Shown: positions 29,156-38,614, numbered from the stretch's first letter. The stretch: 64,000 nt of DNA from Gemmatimonadota bacterium (GCA_029262175.1 JAJCZV010000072.1:75459-139458), one strand, 5' to 3'. Notes: generated by a model not told the origin, from the sequence alone. Numbers and translations: made by a program.

Positions 29156-31123
29156 TCAGACTCGCGTTGGCGCTACGAGGGACTCGGTCCGCCAACCCTG
29201 AAACATCAAGACGGTCCAAAGCTCGTGCTCCCAGTTGCGACTTCCCGATTGGTGCTGGCGCCAAACGCTGCGCACCGTATCCGGACGAAGCCCCGCGCTT
29301 TCGAGTGCCGACACCTCCAGGAGCGGTTCGGCCCAATCTCGGAGCGGGCCACGCAGCCAATCTCCAAGCGACACGCTGAATCCGCGCTTGGGCTGATCGA
29401 CGAGCTGCGGCGGCACGCGGCGGTGGACGAAGTCGCGCAGCAGCACCTTGGTGGTGTCGCCGATACGCCGATACTCGATCGGCAGTGAGCTGGTGAACTC
29501 GACCAATCGGTGATCAAGCAGGGGAACTCGTACCTCGAGACTCACGTTCATGCTCGCGCGATCGACTTTTGTGAGCACGTCATCGGGCAAGTAGGAAAGG
29601 CCGTCCATCAGCATCATGCTCTCGGCAACCCCGAGCGTTTCGTGGTCGATATCGGCGTCGAGCGGCCACACGACGTGCGGTCTCCCAGTCAATTTTTCGG
29701 GCTTGCGCCAGATCGAGACGATCTCTCTCCACATGTCGAAGGGGTCGCGACACTTGAGCAAGTGTCCAAGCGTGTGGACGCTTTGGCCCGTGCGGCCAGC
29801 CCTGTCTCCAATGAGGCCGAGTTTGGTCGCGACAGTCGTGACGGGATCCCAGGCTCCGAGGGGTACGTGGCGCAGAGTGGCGCCGACGATGCCTCGAAGC
29901 GGCCGCGGAATCGCCTTGATCCTCGGCCAGGTTCTCTCTCCAAGCGCATAGCGCTCATACCCACAGAACTGCTCATCACCGCCGTCACCGGAAAGCGCCA
30001 CGGTCACGTGTTCGCGCGCCAGTTTCGACACGAGATAGGTCGGAACTTGAGAGGAATCGGCGAAGGGTTCGTCGTACATCGTAGGGAGCAGTGGCACCAC
30101 GTCGAGCGCCTGGCGACCGGTCACCACGAGTTCCGTGTGTTCCGTTCCCAGATGCGCCGCAATTCTTGCCGCGGCAACCGACTCGTCTTGAGTCGGATCG
30201 TCGGATCCGACGGAGAACGTTCGCAGCGGAGAACCGTTGCTACGCTCGGCCATCGCGGACACGACCGCGGTCGAATCGATCCCGCCGGAAAGGAGAGCTC
30301 CCAACGGAACGTCCGATTCCATTCGCCCGTCAACGGCGTCGAGAATGAGCCTTTCCAACTCATCGAGCGCCTCTTCCTGAGTTCCCTGGAAGTGATTCGT
30401 GGCCCCGCGAAACGTGACCTGTGTCAGATCCCAGAATTTCTTGTGGCTGAGCGTACGCTCTTGAGGCCGATACTCGATCAGTTCGCCTGGGGATACTTTT
30501 TCGATGCCTTGGAGGATCGAGTAGGGGGCGGGCACACAGAGATACCGGAAATAGAGACCGAGTGCTTCTTGATCGATCGTCGATTGGAAGCCCGGGTGCG
30601 CGGCAATGGCTTGCAGCTCGGACCCAAAGACAAAGGCCCCGCCGAACTGCGCGTAGTAAAGGGGCTTGATCCCCAAGCGATCTCGAACGAGATACAGCGC
30701 TTCTTCGGCGTCATCCCAAAGACCGAACGCGAACATGCCTACGGACCGTTCGAGCGCCCGGTCGAGACCCCACTCTTCAATCGCCGCTAGCAGAACTTCC
30801 GTGTCGCTCCCGCCGCGAAACGTATGTCCGGCGCGCCGTAGTTCGTCCTGCAGACTACGAAAGTTATAGATTTCACCGTTGTACGTGATCGTATATCTAC
30901 CGCTACCCGACTGCATCGGTTGATTCCCAAGCGGCGACGTGTCGATGATGGAGAGGCGCCGATGCCCAAACACCAGAGTGGAGTCACCGGGAATCTGGGT
31001 CAGCCAAACGCCGGAGGAGTCGGGACCGCGGTGTTGGATGCGATCGGACATCGCGCGCGCGACGGCTTGGAACTCTTCCTCGCTTCGCGCGCTAGCTTCT
31101 ACAAAGCCTACAATCCCGCACAT
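29156..31123 (-). CDS. asnB: Glutamine-hydrolysing asparagine synthase-like amidotransferase
   Basis: MCGI N-terminal Cys, HRGPD, HRRLSIID, NGEIYN, LSGGIDS, SGDGGDE, KVDRASM. Confidence 0.93.
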   Translation of the reverse strand: MCGIVGFVEASARSEEEFQAVARAMSDRIQHRGPDSSGVWLTQIPGDSTLVFGHRRLSIIDTSPLGNQPMQSGSGRYTITYNGEIYNFRSLQDELRRAGHTFRGGSDTEVLLAAIEEWGLDRALERSVGMFAFGLWDDAEEALYLVRDRLGIKPLYYAQFGGAFVFGSELQAIAAHPGFQSTIDQEALGLYFRYLCVPAPYSILQGIEKVSPGELIEYRPQERTLSHKKFWDLTQVTFRGATNHFQGTQEEALDELERLILDAVDGRMESDVPLGALLSGGIDSTAVVSAMAERSNGSPLRTFSVGSDDPTQDESVAAARIAAHLGTEHTELVVTGRQALDVVPLLPTMYDEPFADSSQVPTYLVSKLAREHVTVALSGDGGDEQFCGYERYALGERTWPRIKAIPRPLRGIVGATLRHVPLGAWDPVTTVATKLGLIGDRAGRTGQSVHTLGHLLKCRDPFDMWREIVSIWRKPEKLTGRPHVVWPLDADIDHETLGVAESMMLMDGLSYLPDDVLTKVDRASMNVSLEVRVPLLDHRLVEFTSSLPIEYRRIGDTTKVLLRDFVHRRVPPQLVDQPKRGFSVSLGDWLRGPLRDWAEPLLEVSALESAGLRPDTVRSVWRQHQSGSRNWEHELWTVLMFQGWRTESLVAPTRV

Positions 31124-31259
31124 ATCCCCACCCCACCCATGCTCGAGCTACCAGGTAACCGAGAGACGGTTCCGGGCAGATTCGACGATTAGCGGTCGGA
31201 CGTTGGCCCGAATCAACGCGGATCGCAACCGGCAGGGGAGATTCGTTTGCAACAGGATA

Positions 31260-31493
31260 CTACCTGGCCGCGCCCGCTCCGGATCGGCGAGTCGCTTCTT
31301 CGACCACGTTTTCCATCATCCGATCCCAGCGCTCGGGACTGAGCTGAGCGAGCGTCTCCTGGAGGATTTGCACGAGCTCTCGCGCTTCGCCGCGCGTGAT
31401 GGGCGACCACTCGTCCCCTTCGCCCAACCGCTCCCCCAGCTGGGCGGACCTATCCACGAGATCTCGGTGCTGCAGTCTCTCTTCATAGGTCAT
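31260..31493 (-). CDS. Small hypothetical helical protein (77 aa)
   Basis: ATG 31493 preceded by GGAGG; MTYEERLQHRDL...; co-directional with moaA. Confidence 0.6.
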   Translation of the reverse strand: MTYEERLQHRDLVDRSAQLGERLGEGDEWSPITRGEARELVQILQETLAQLSPERWDRMMENVVEEATRRSGAGAAR

Positions 31494-31575
31494 CGGGGTC
31501 CTCCGCTCCTTAGATTCGCCGTCCACCCCATAGACACGGAACGCCGGGCGCACGTCACATGATCGCGCATGGTGC

Positions 31576-32559
31576 CTAGCCGCCCACCTGACTCAACGCA
31601 GCCAGCCCTCCGCTACCTTCCGCGGTCCCAAGCTCCAGATAGTGCCGCTTGGGTTTTCCCGCCAGTGCCTCCGCAACGGCGTCCTCGATGCGACCGGTCT
31701 CTCTGAGAGGACCCTTGAGATCGATCTCGTGATCCCCGAACAGACATGTGCGCAGTTTGCCGTCAGCCGTCAAACGCATGCGGTTGCACCGCTCGCAATA
31801 GTTGTGCGACAACGGCGTGATCACCCCAACCGTCCCCCTACCTCCCGGAAAGCGGTAATACACTGCCGGTCCGTTACCCTGTGGGCCGTCGTCGGGAGCG
31901 AGGTCGTCAATCGCTCGGATTCGCCCGAGGACTTCGTCGGCGGATATGAATCGATCGTTCAAGTGGAGATTGCGTCCTACGGGCATCAACTCGATGAACC
32001 GCACATGCCAGGGCCGTTCACGCGTGATCTCGGCAAAGTCGACGACTTCGTGATCGTTGAGCCCGCGCATGACCACGCAGTTCACTTTGATCGGTTCGAA
32101 CCCGGCAGCCTCGGCCGACTCGATTCCCGTCATCGTCTCATCGAAGCGGTCTACCGGGCGGCGAGCGATTTCCTCGAAGCGTTCTCGGTCGAGCGTGTCC
32201 AAGCTAATGTTCACGCGATCCACGCCAGCACGCTTGAGGTCGTCGGCAAATCGAGGTAGTAGAATCGCGTTCGTGGAGAGCGAGATGTCTTCGATCCCCG
32301 GCACAGCCGCAATCAACTCGACAAGTTCGGCCAGGTCTCGCCGAATCAATGGTTCGCCACCGGTGAGACGCACACGCGAGAGCCCGAGCTCGGACATTTG
32401 CGCGACGATTTCGGCGATCTCTTCGTACGAGAGCATCTCCGGTTTGGGGATCCAATCGAGCCCCTCCTCCGGCATGCAGTAGGTGCAGCGAAGGTTGCAG
32501 CGATCGGTCACCGAAATCCGCAAATACTCGATCTGGCGACCAAATTGGTCTTGCATCAT
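31576..32559 (-). CDS. moaA: GTP 3',8-cyclase MoaA
   Basis: YLRISVTDRCNLRCTYC, TGGEP, C-terminal CERCNR...C, terminal VGG. Confidence 0.96.
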   Translation of the reverse strand: MMQDQFGRQIEYLRISVTDRCNLRCTYCMPEEGLDWIPKPEMLSYEEIAEIVAQMSELGLSRVRLTGGEPLIRRDLAELVELIAAVPGIEDISLSTNAILLPRFADDLKRAGVDRVNISLDTLDRERFEEIARRPVDRFDETMTGIESAEAAGFEPIKVNCVVMRGLNDHEVVDFAEITRERPWHVRFIELMPVGRNLHLNDRFISADEVLGRIRAIDDLAPDDGPQGNGPAVYYRFPGGRGTVGVITPLSHNYCERCNRMRLTADGKLRTCLFGDHEIDLKGPLRETGRIEDAVAEALAGKPKRHYLELGTAEGSGGLAALSQVGG

Positions 32560-33047
32560 CGGATCTCCGGCTCGGGACTCGAACGTTCAGGAGCCAGGTT
32601 CGAGTCGGGCGCACCAACCCAGTGAGACTCTCCGTCGACATAGTGTTCGTGCTTCCAGATCGGGAGCCGCGCCTTCACCTCCTCGATCACCCACCGCGAG
32701 GCGTCATAGCATTGATCTCGATGAGGCGCTGAAACCGCGACGACGATGCTCACCTCGCCGAGTGCCAACTCGCCCACTCGATGTGCCGACGAGATCGCTC
32801 CAATTTCGAACTTTTGCGCTGCCTCGTGACAGATCGCACGCAATTCGCTGTTCGCCATCTCTCCGTAGGCTTCGTATCCCAAGCTCGACACTGCACGTCC
32901 TTCGTTCGTCTGGCGAACTCGGCCCTGGAAGATCAGCACTGCGCCGTCCGCATGGCTTCCGAGCGTTCGGAAAACCTCTGTTCCGTCCAAGCTTTCGGTC
33001 GTAATGGCCGTCTCCACCGCGACCTCGCCTGCCCCGTCGGCCGTCAT
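32556..33047 (-). CDS. moaE: Molybdopterin synthase catalytic subunit
   Basis: GAVLIFQGRVR, YEAY, HRVG, SAPHR, PIWKHE. Confidence 0.95.
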   Translation of the reverse strand: MTADGAGEVAVETAITTESLDGTEVFRTLGSHADGAVLIFQGRVRQTNEGRAVSSLGYEAYGEMANSELRAICHEAAQKFEIGAISSAHRVGELALGEVSIVVAVSAPHRDQCYDASRWVIEEVKARLPIWKHEHYVDGESHWVGAPDSNLAPERSSPEPEIR

Positions 33048-33049
33048 GT

Positions 33050-33301
33050 CTAGCCGCCCGCCACGGGCGGAATCAGTGCGACCTCGTCGCCGTCGGCGAG
33101 TTGGGTCCCGATCTCGGCGTAGCTCTGATTTACCGCGACGACCACCCGCTCGGGCAGCCAGTCGAGCCCCCTGGAGCCGCGGAGCGTGTCCACGAGGTCG
33201 CCGACCGTGCTACCGGACGGCATTTCGGCCACCCCCTCGCGACTCGAGGCTAGCTCGGCATAGACCCCGAAAAACAGGGTGCGGACCGAAAGCGTGTTCA
33301 C
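33050..33301 (-). CDS. moaD: Molybdopterin synthase sulfur carrier
   Basis: VAVN...DGDEVALIPPVAGG with a C-terminal GG. Confidence 0.93.
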   Translation of the reverse strand: MNTLSVRTLFFGVYAELASSREGVAEMPSGSTVGDLVDTLRGSRGLDWLPERVVVAVNQSYAEIGTQLADGDEVALIPPVAGG

Positions 33302-33573
33302 GAGCGCGCCGAACCGAGGCCCACGTGCGCCAAGAGTCGGGGCACGATGCCTTCGTCACGGAGCGTGGTCACCCGAACCCGCGTCGCGCCGGCCCGCTGT
33401 GGGACCGGAAGCGCCGCGATCGAGAGGTTGCCCCGGAACGTACAGAACGTGATGTGCGTGTCGCTCTCGCTCTCGATCCAAGCGTCCCCAAATCGATCCG
33501 CGCCCAGGAAGAACCCGCGAGCGGCCGCAAGAACGGCTTCTGCGTCCAACGCTGTCTCAATCTCTGTCGTCAT
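33298..33573 (-). CDS. Small hypothetical protein (91 aa) coupled to moaD
   Basis: ATG 33573 MTTEIETALDAEAVL...; its stop overlaps the moaD GTG (GTGA). Confidence 0.6.
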   Translation of the reverse strand: MTTEIETALDAEAVLAAARGFFLGADRFGDAWIESESDTHITFCTFRGNLSIAALPVPQRAGATRVRVTTLRDEGIVPRLLAHVGLGSARS

Positions 33574-33830
33574 GGCGCCACCCTGTGTAAAATCTCCGCG
33601 CAGCTGGGGATGCCTGGCGAACGCTGTCCCGCCAGCCCACCGGTCGGCGAGACCGCAAACTCGACCACGGCCGAGGCTTTTGAAAATACGGGAACGGCGC
33701 ACTTCCTCAAACAACGCGACCGCTTGATCGGGTCCGCCGGACTCATACACCGGTCGGCACTCTCTGGGGGCAACGATGGATCAAATGCGTATCACAGCCG
33801 TGTGCCCGACCTACCGGACGGTGCGCTGAC

Positions 33831-35003
33831 GTGCCGCCCCACGACTTTTCGGAGAACGTCTCGCAGCTCGAGCCGTCCCCGACCCTCGCGCTCGCGGCCC
33901 GAGCCCGCCAGCTAAAGGCGGATGGGGTTCCCGTCATCGACCTCTCCGCTGGGGAGCCGCAGTTCGCGGCGCCCGAGTTCGCGGGCCAGGCGGCCATCGA
34001 CGCGATACGAGCCGGGAAGACCGGATATCCGCCCACGCCGGGTCTGTTGGAACTTCGCCAGGCGATCAGCGGCTACCTGATAGACACCACGGCCGCTTCG
34101 AGCGTGGATCCCGCCGAAGTCATCGTGGGAGCGGGCGTGAAGCAGGCGCTCTTCAACTGCTGTTTTGTGCTATTCGGCCGCGGAGATGACGTGCTCATCC
34201 CTTCTCCCTACTGGCCGAGTTACCCCTCGATCGTCGCACTGACCGGAGCCAACCCCGTCATCGTCGATGCGGATTGGGAGTCAGAGTTTCTCGTCACCGT
34301 TGAGCAACTCGAGGCCGCGCGTACGCCTAAGACGAAGGGCCTCATGCTCAATAGCCCCTCGAATCCCAGCGGCGCGGTGTACGATCAACCACGGCTCGAG
34401 GCCATCGTTCGTTGGTGTCAGGAGCACGGGATTTGGCTTCTGTCCGATGAGATTTACCGCCGACTCTCCTTCACGGGCCAGGCCCCCTCGGTCTTCGACG
34501 TACCGGACCGAGGCGATCGAGTCGTGCTACTCGATGGCCTTTCCAAGGCGTTCTGCATGCCAGGGTTTCGAATCGGGTATGCCGTAGGCCCGGCAGATCT
34601 GATCAAGAAGGCGTCGGACCTACAGGGTCAGACCACCTCGGGCGCGGTGGGTCCGTCTCAGCATGCGGCCACGGCAGCGCTCGGACAGCGGGACCAGCGC
34701 GAGGCGTTCATCGCGGAACTGTTGGGTAAACTCAACACCCGCCGCGACATGGGCATCTCAGGCTTCGGCGCCGTCGAGGCCCTCGAGACGCGTTCGCCGA
34801 CAGGCGCCCTCTACTTCTACGCGCGACTGCGGGACCCGTCGGTGGCGGCGCTGGATGTGGCGGAGCGCCTTCTGGTCGAAGCCTCGGTCGCGTGTGTCCC
34901 TGGTGAACCTTTTGGTTCACCCGGCCATCTGCGGTTCAACTTCGCGGTGGAAAGATCAGTGTTGCAGGAAGGATTGCAGCGCATCCACGACTTCTTCAGC
35001 TAA
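33831..35003 (+). CDS. Class I/II PLP-dependent aminotransferase (aspartate aminotransferase-like)
   Basis: GEP, NSPSNPSG, SDEIY, GLSKAFCMPGFRIG. Confidence 0.92.
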   Translation: MPPHDFSENVSQLEPSPTLALAARARQLKADGVPVIDLSAGEPQFAAPEFAGQAAIDAIRAGKTGYPPTPGLLELRQAISGYLIDTTAASSVDPAEVIVGAGVKQALFNCCFVLFGRGDDVLIPSPYWPSYPSIVALTGANPVIVDADWESEFLVTVEQLEAARTPKTKGLMLNSPSNPSGAVYDQPRLEAIVRWCQEHGIWLLSDEIYRRLSFTGQAPSVFDVPDRGDRVVLLDGLSKAFCMPGFRIGYAVGPADLIKKASDLQGQTTSGAVGPSQHAATAALGQRDQREAFIAELLGKLNTRRDMGISGFGAVEALETRSPTGALYFYARLRDPSVAALDVAERLLVEASVACVPGEPFGSPGHLRFNFAVERSVLQEGLQRIHDFFS

Positions 35004-35135
35004 CGGAAGCGTCGTTCGGTCGCCTTCACCCTGAGGCTCGACGTGCCGGGACTCCTGGTACTCGGGACCCATCAGCGGCAGGCCGTCGCTCCGCATGCGA
35101 GGCCCGGGCGCTAGCCCGGACCCCCATCGAATGAC

Positions 35136-35501
35136 TTAGGACCAGGTGTTGCCGCCGAGCGAAGCCTCCGGCCTGTGGCCGCCCACCTGCCCCGGGGGGT
35201 CGTCGTTGCCCTCTTCGTGACTGTCCGCAACTTCTTCTTTGAAGAGTCGCGACGGCTTGAACACCGGGACGGCTCTCGCCGGCACTCGAACCGGATCGCC
35301 GGTCCTCGGGTTTCTCGCCATGCGTGTCCGCCGCTCGCGCACTTTGAAGGTACCGAAGCCACGAATCTCGATGTGCTCCCCCTCGGCGATCGCCTGCTTG
35401 ATCGCGTTGAGAAACGCATCCACTACCGCAGCGCAGTCCTTCTTGGTCACACCGGGGCCAATAGCCTCGTGGACCTGCTCGACCAAATCCGCCTTCGTCA
35501 T
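35136..35501 (-). CDS. hup: HU/IHF family DNA-binding protein
   Basis: MTKADL...IRGFGTF...ARNPRTG...PVFKPS; roughly 28-aa extra C-terminal tail. Confidence 0.92.
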   Translation of the reverse strand: MTKADLVEQVHEAIGPGVTKKDCAAVVDAFLNAIKQAIAEGEHIEIRGFGTFKVRERRTRMARNPRTGDPVRVPARAVPVFKPSRLFKEEVADSHEEGNDDPPGQVGGHRPEASLGGNTWS

Positions 35502-35571
35502 CTCCTCTTTCCTCCCGAAACTGAGGCCCCCCGCCCGAAAATCCTTGCGTTTCGCCCGGTCAGCGACCGCC

Positions 35572-36492
35572 TTATCTCCACTCGTACAGCAGCCTAGGCG
35601 TACCGGAGCGCATTGGTGCGAACGTTCTTAGCAACCCTTGTGCCTCCGTATCGGTCACTCCCCGGATTAGATCCCATACGCTGATCGTCGCCTCGTGCGG
35701 GCGAACCACGGAGGGGTCCTCACCGAGACCAGCCATCTGCCCGGCCAGCTCTATCACGTCGTCGAGAGTCCCGAGACCATCGACGAGCCCTAAGTCGTAC
35801 GCCTGTCTACCGCTATAGATCCGTCCGTCTGCCAGTTCCGAGACGCGGGCTCGGTCCAGCGGCCGGTTTTGGGCGACCGCATCCACGAACTGTGCGTGCA
35901 CGTCCGCAACCATGGCTTGCAAGATCTCTCGGTCGGATGCGGCCAAAGGACGGCTCGTACTTCCCATGTCCTTGTGTTCCCCGCTCTTTACGACCTCCCA
36001 GTCGAGCCCGATTTTCTCGTAGAGCCCTTGGGCGTTCGGAAACTCCATGATCACGCCGATCGACCCCGTCAACGTCCCTGGTAGCGCGTAGATGCTGTCA
36101 GCCCCCACCGCGGCGTAGTAACCGCCAGAAGCCGCGACATCGCCCATCCAGGCCAGGACGGGACGGTCCTCCTCATCGCGCAACCTGCGGATGGCTTCGA
36201 AGATCGATTGAGAAGCCCCCACGGCCCCGCCGGGCGACTCGATCTCGATCACAAAAGCGCGGACGCTCCGATCGCGACGAAACGCGTCCAGGGTCGCCAC
36301 AAAGGCGTCCTCCGACACGATGGCCCCCCGGAGCGGGACCACGGCGATTCGATCCCCCGCCGGCAGGAGCGCGTCGCCCATCAGTAGCCGAATCGAGAGC
36401 ACAACGCCGATCCCGAATACGCCGAAGATGAGGAGGAAGGCGACGATAGTGCTTCGTTTGCTGTCTGCGGGCACGGGCTCGCTCCGGGGCAT
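35572..36492 (-). CDS. sppA: Signal peptide peptidase SppA (36K type)
   Basis: N-terminal TM, SPGG, AASGGYY, TGSIGV, KSGEHKD. Confidence 0.93.
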   Translation of the reverse strand: MPRSEPVPADSKRSTIVAFLLIFGVFGIGVVLSIRLLMGDALLPAGDRIAVVPLRGAIVSEDAFVATLDAFRRDRSVRAFVIEIESPGGAVGASQSIFEAIRRLRDEEDRPVLAWMGDVAASGGYYAAVGADSIYALPGTLTGSIGVIMEFPNAQGLYEKIGLDWEVVKSGEHKDMGSTSRPLAASDREILQAMVADVHAQFVDAVAQNRPLDRARVSELADGRIYSGRQAYDLGLVDGLGTLDDVIELAGQMAGLGEDPSVVRPHEATISVWDLIRGVTDTEAQGLLRTFAPMRSGTPRLLYEWR

Positions 36493-36512
36493 TGTGGAGA
36501 CCTAAATCAATT

Positions 36513-37646
36513 CTAAGTCGTTGTGGATATTGATCTTGACATCATCGCTCTAACAAACTGATTGAATAAGTATCGACTATCGTGCGGTCCCGGGGCGGAC
36601 TCGGGGTGATATTGGACCGCGAACACGGGGCGGTCCTTGTGAACGACGCCTTCCACGGTGCCATCGTTCAGATTGCGATGGGTCACCTCCAGATCGGGCG
36701 AGCCATCCACGACGCCGCTCTCTTCACGCACCGCGAACCCGTGGTTCTGCGACGTAATCTCCACGGCGCCGGTGGCATAGTTGATCACCGGATGGTTTCC
36801 ACCCCGATGCCCGTATGGAAGCTTGTAGTTGACGCCGCCAAAGGCCTTTGCGATCAGCTGGTGCCCGAGGCAGATCCCAAACAACGGGATCCCGGCATCG
36901 CTGAGCTCGCGGATCCGTTCAGGCGCCCCGGGGACAGCCTCCGGGTCTCCCGGACCGTTGGACACGAATACACCGCTTGGGCGCGCGCCGAGAATCGCCT
37001 CTGGAGGGGTCTCGGAGGGCACGACCCGCACTCGGTAGCCTTCGCGCTGAAACAGATCCAGACTTCGGGTTTTCACTCCATAGTCCAGACAAACGACGAG
37101 CCCCTTCGGCTCCTGTCCCAACGCGTCGAGTTCGTAGGGTTGCTCCGTAGACACACTCGTCGCCAGGTCTCGGCCGGTCATCGGCGGCTCCGCTGCCAGG
37201 CGCTCGAGCGCGTGATCCACCGAGATTCCATCGTGAGCGAGCAGCGCGCGCATGGCGCCAGAGTCGCGGATGTGTCGTGTCAGTGCACGAGTGTCCGCTC
37301 CGACCAACGTCGCGATGCCGTTTTCCGCGAGGTACCCGGGCAGGTTACCGTCCGAGGGACCGGATCCGATGCGCGCAGACAAGTCGCGAACTACAAACCC
37401 GGCGACCCAAGGTTTACGGGACTGCCGATCTCGATCGCGTACGCCGTACACCCCCTGCATCGGCGCCGTCATGACGACGATCTGCGCCGCGAAGGACGGA
37501 TCCGTGAGGACTTCCTGATACCCCGTCATCACGGTCGTAAAAACCGCCTCTCCCGCGCTGCCCTCATCCGCTCCGAGGTACGTGCCGTCGAATCGGCGAC
37601 CATCCTCCATCAATAGGTACCCCGGTCGTCCTTGCATCTCGCTCAT
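36513..37646 (-). CDS. carA: Carbamoyl-phosphate synthase small subunit
   Basis: TGYQEVLTDPS, SNGPGDP, GICLGHQ, QNHGF, QYHPE. Confidence 0.96.
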   Translation of the reverse strand: MSEMQGRPGYLLMEDGRRFDGTYLGADEGSAGEAVFTTVMTGYQEVLTDPSFAAQIVVMTAPMQGVYGVRDRDRQSRKPWVAGFVVRDLSARIGSGPSDGNLPGYLAENGIATLVGADTRALTRHIRDSGAMRALLAHDGISVDHALERLAAEPPMTGRDLATSVSTEQPYELDALGQEPKGLVVCLDYGVKTRSLDLFQREGYRVRVVPSETPPEAILGARPSGVFVSNGPGDPEAVPGAPERIRELSDAGIPLFGICLGHQLIAKAFGGVNYKLPYGHRGGNHPVINYATGAVEITSQNHGFAVREESGVVDGSPDLEVTHRNLNDGTVEGVVHKDRPVFAVQYHPESAPGPHDSRYLFNQFVRAMMSRSISTTT

Positions 37647-37746
37647 GTCTCACGTCCACTGGTGCGATGCGTCATCTCGGCGCCCCGGTCAGAGATCCCG
37701 TCAACCATCTTCGACTCGAGAATCGAGCGTTTTTGCGCGTTCGGAT

Positions 37747-38002
37747 TTGCCCCTGGTTCACATCTTCGCCGACGAGTCTTGCCTCGGCAACCAATTCGAA
37801 GATCAGCAGAGTCCGGGCGGTGCGGCCGGTCCGCTCGAGCGCTTCGACGAGCGCTCCGGGTGGCATCGGAAGGACTACACGCACTTCGATCCCGACACCA
37901 CGAACTTCGGGCTTGGGGCGCTCCGGGAACCCTGACGGGTCGTGTTTACCCGCGACCGCCAATACTTGGTGAAAGGCAGGAAGGACTGGGGGCACGGAGG
38001 CA
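37747..38002 (+). pseudogene. rnhA: Disrupted ribonuclease HI (pseudogene or mis-assembled region)
   Basis: LVHIFADESCLGN...PGG...PDTTN, in-frame TGA at 37933-37935, then RVVFTRDRQYLVKG..W; the NRM.L helix and the C-terminal part are absent. Confidence 0.75.
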
Positions 38003-38070
38003 GGCCGTTTCGCGGACTTTCTGGACGTTCCCGATCATGTTTTTTGGCCGGATCGAATCCCGCCCGAGGC

Positions 38071-38481
38071 CTAAGCGCCGCCTGGATCCTCGGTTCCCTC
38101 CGTCGGCGGTATCACCGCGCCTTCGGTCGCCGGGGGGTCCTCGGCGGCCGGCTGTGTTTCGAGCAAAGATGGCGGCGCCTCGGGGAGGGTCGCCGGCTGC
38201 CCGGGCAAACCCTGGCGCAGAATAGACTCGGGCACATCCGCGGGCCGGGAGGACAACACCGTCAAGACCAGCGCGAGAAACAGGAATGCCCCGCCCCCGA
38301 TCCAGGTCATTTTCGTGAGCGCCGTCGCCGTCTGCTTGCCGCCCATGAAGGAATCGGTAGAGGAGGATGCACCGCCGAACGACGCGGCCAAGCCACCGCC
38401 CTTCCCCGACTGCAACAGGATGATGACGCACAGGAAAAGCGCGATTAGCGAAATCAAAACGATAAGAAGCGGGAACATCAC
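38071..38481 (-). CDS. secG: Preprotein translocase subunit SecG
   Basis: Two TMs, ILLQSGKGGGLAASFGG, LTKMT; follows tpiA. Confidence 0.92.
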   Translation of the reverse strand: MMFPLLIVLISLIALFLCVIILLQSGKGGGLAASFGGASSSTDSFMGGKQTATALTKMTWIGGGAFLFLALVLTVLSSRPADVPESILRQGLPGQPATLPEAPPSLLETQPAAEDPPATEGAVIPPTEGTEDPGGA

Positions 38482-38565
38482 TCACTCGGTGTTGATCAAA
38501 AAAATGGCGCCAGAAGCCGGGCGCCTCGTCCGGCCGCCCTCAAACTCGGGCCTGGCCGAGGCTAA

Positions 38566-38594
38566 AACTTAGGTACAACGCTCTTTTCCGGCAA
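38566..38594 (-). promoter_or_regulatory. Possible sigma70 promoter for secG
   Basis: Minus strand TTGCCG-17 nt-TAAGTT in the tpiA-secG spacer. Confidence 0.45.
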
Positions 38595-38614
38595 ACGAGT
38601 GAGGGTGGGTCGAG

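Noticed and set aside
37933-37935. In-frame TGA in rnhA as selenocysteine or recoding
   Set aside because: The frame also has a deletion, degraded motifs and truncation; no evident SECIS; TGA is a normal stop throughout the window
38046-38070. GGATCGAATCCCGCCCGAGGC resembling a tRNA T-arm/3' end next to secG
   Set aside because: No matching acceptor 5' strand, D-arm or anticodon arm; wrong strand for the usual secG-linked tRNA-Leu
38503-38562. TTGAGGG and terminal GGCGCCA on the minus strand, reminiscent of tRNA-Leu(GAG)
   Set aside because: Only about 58 nt, no cloverleaf and no TTCRA loop
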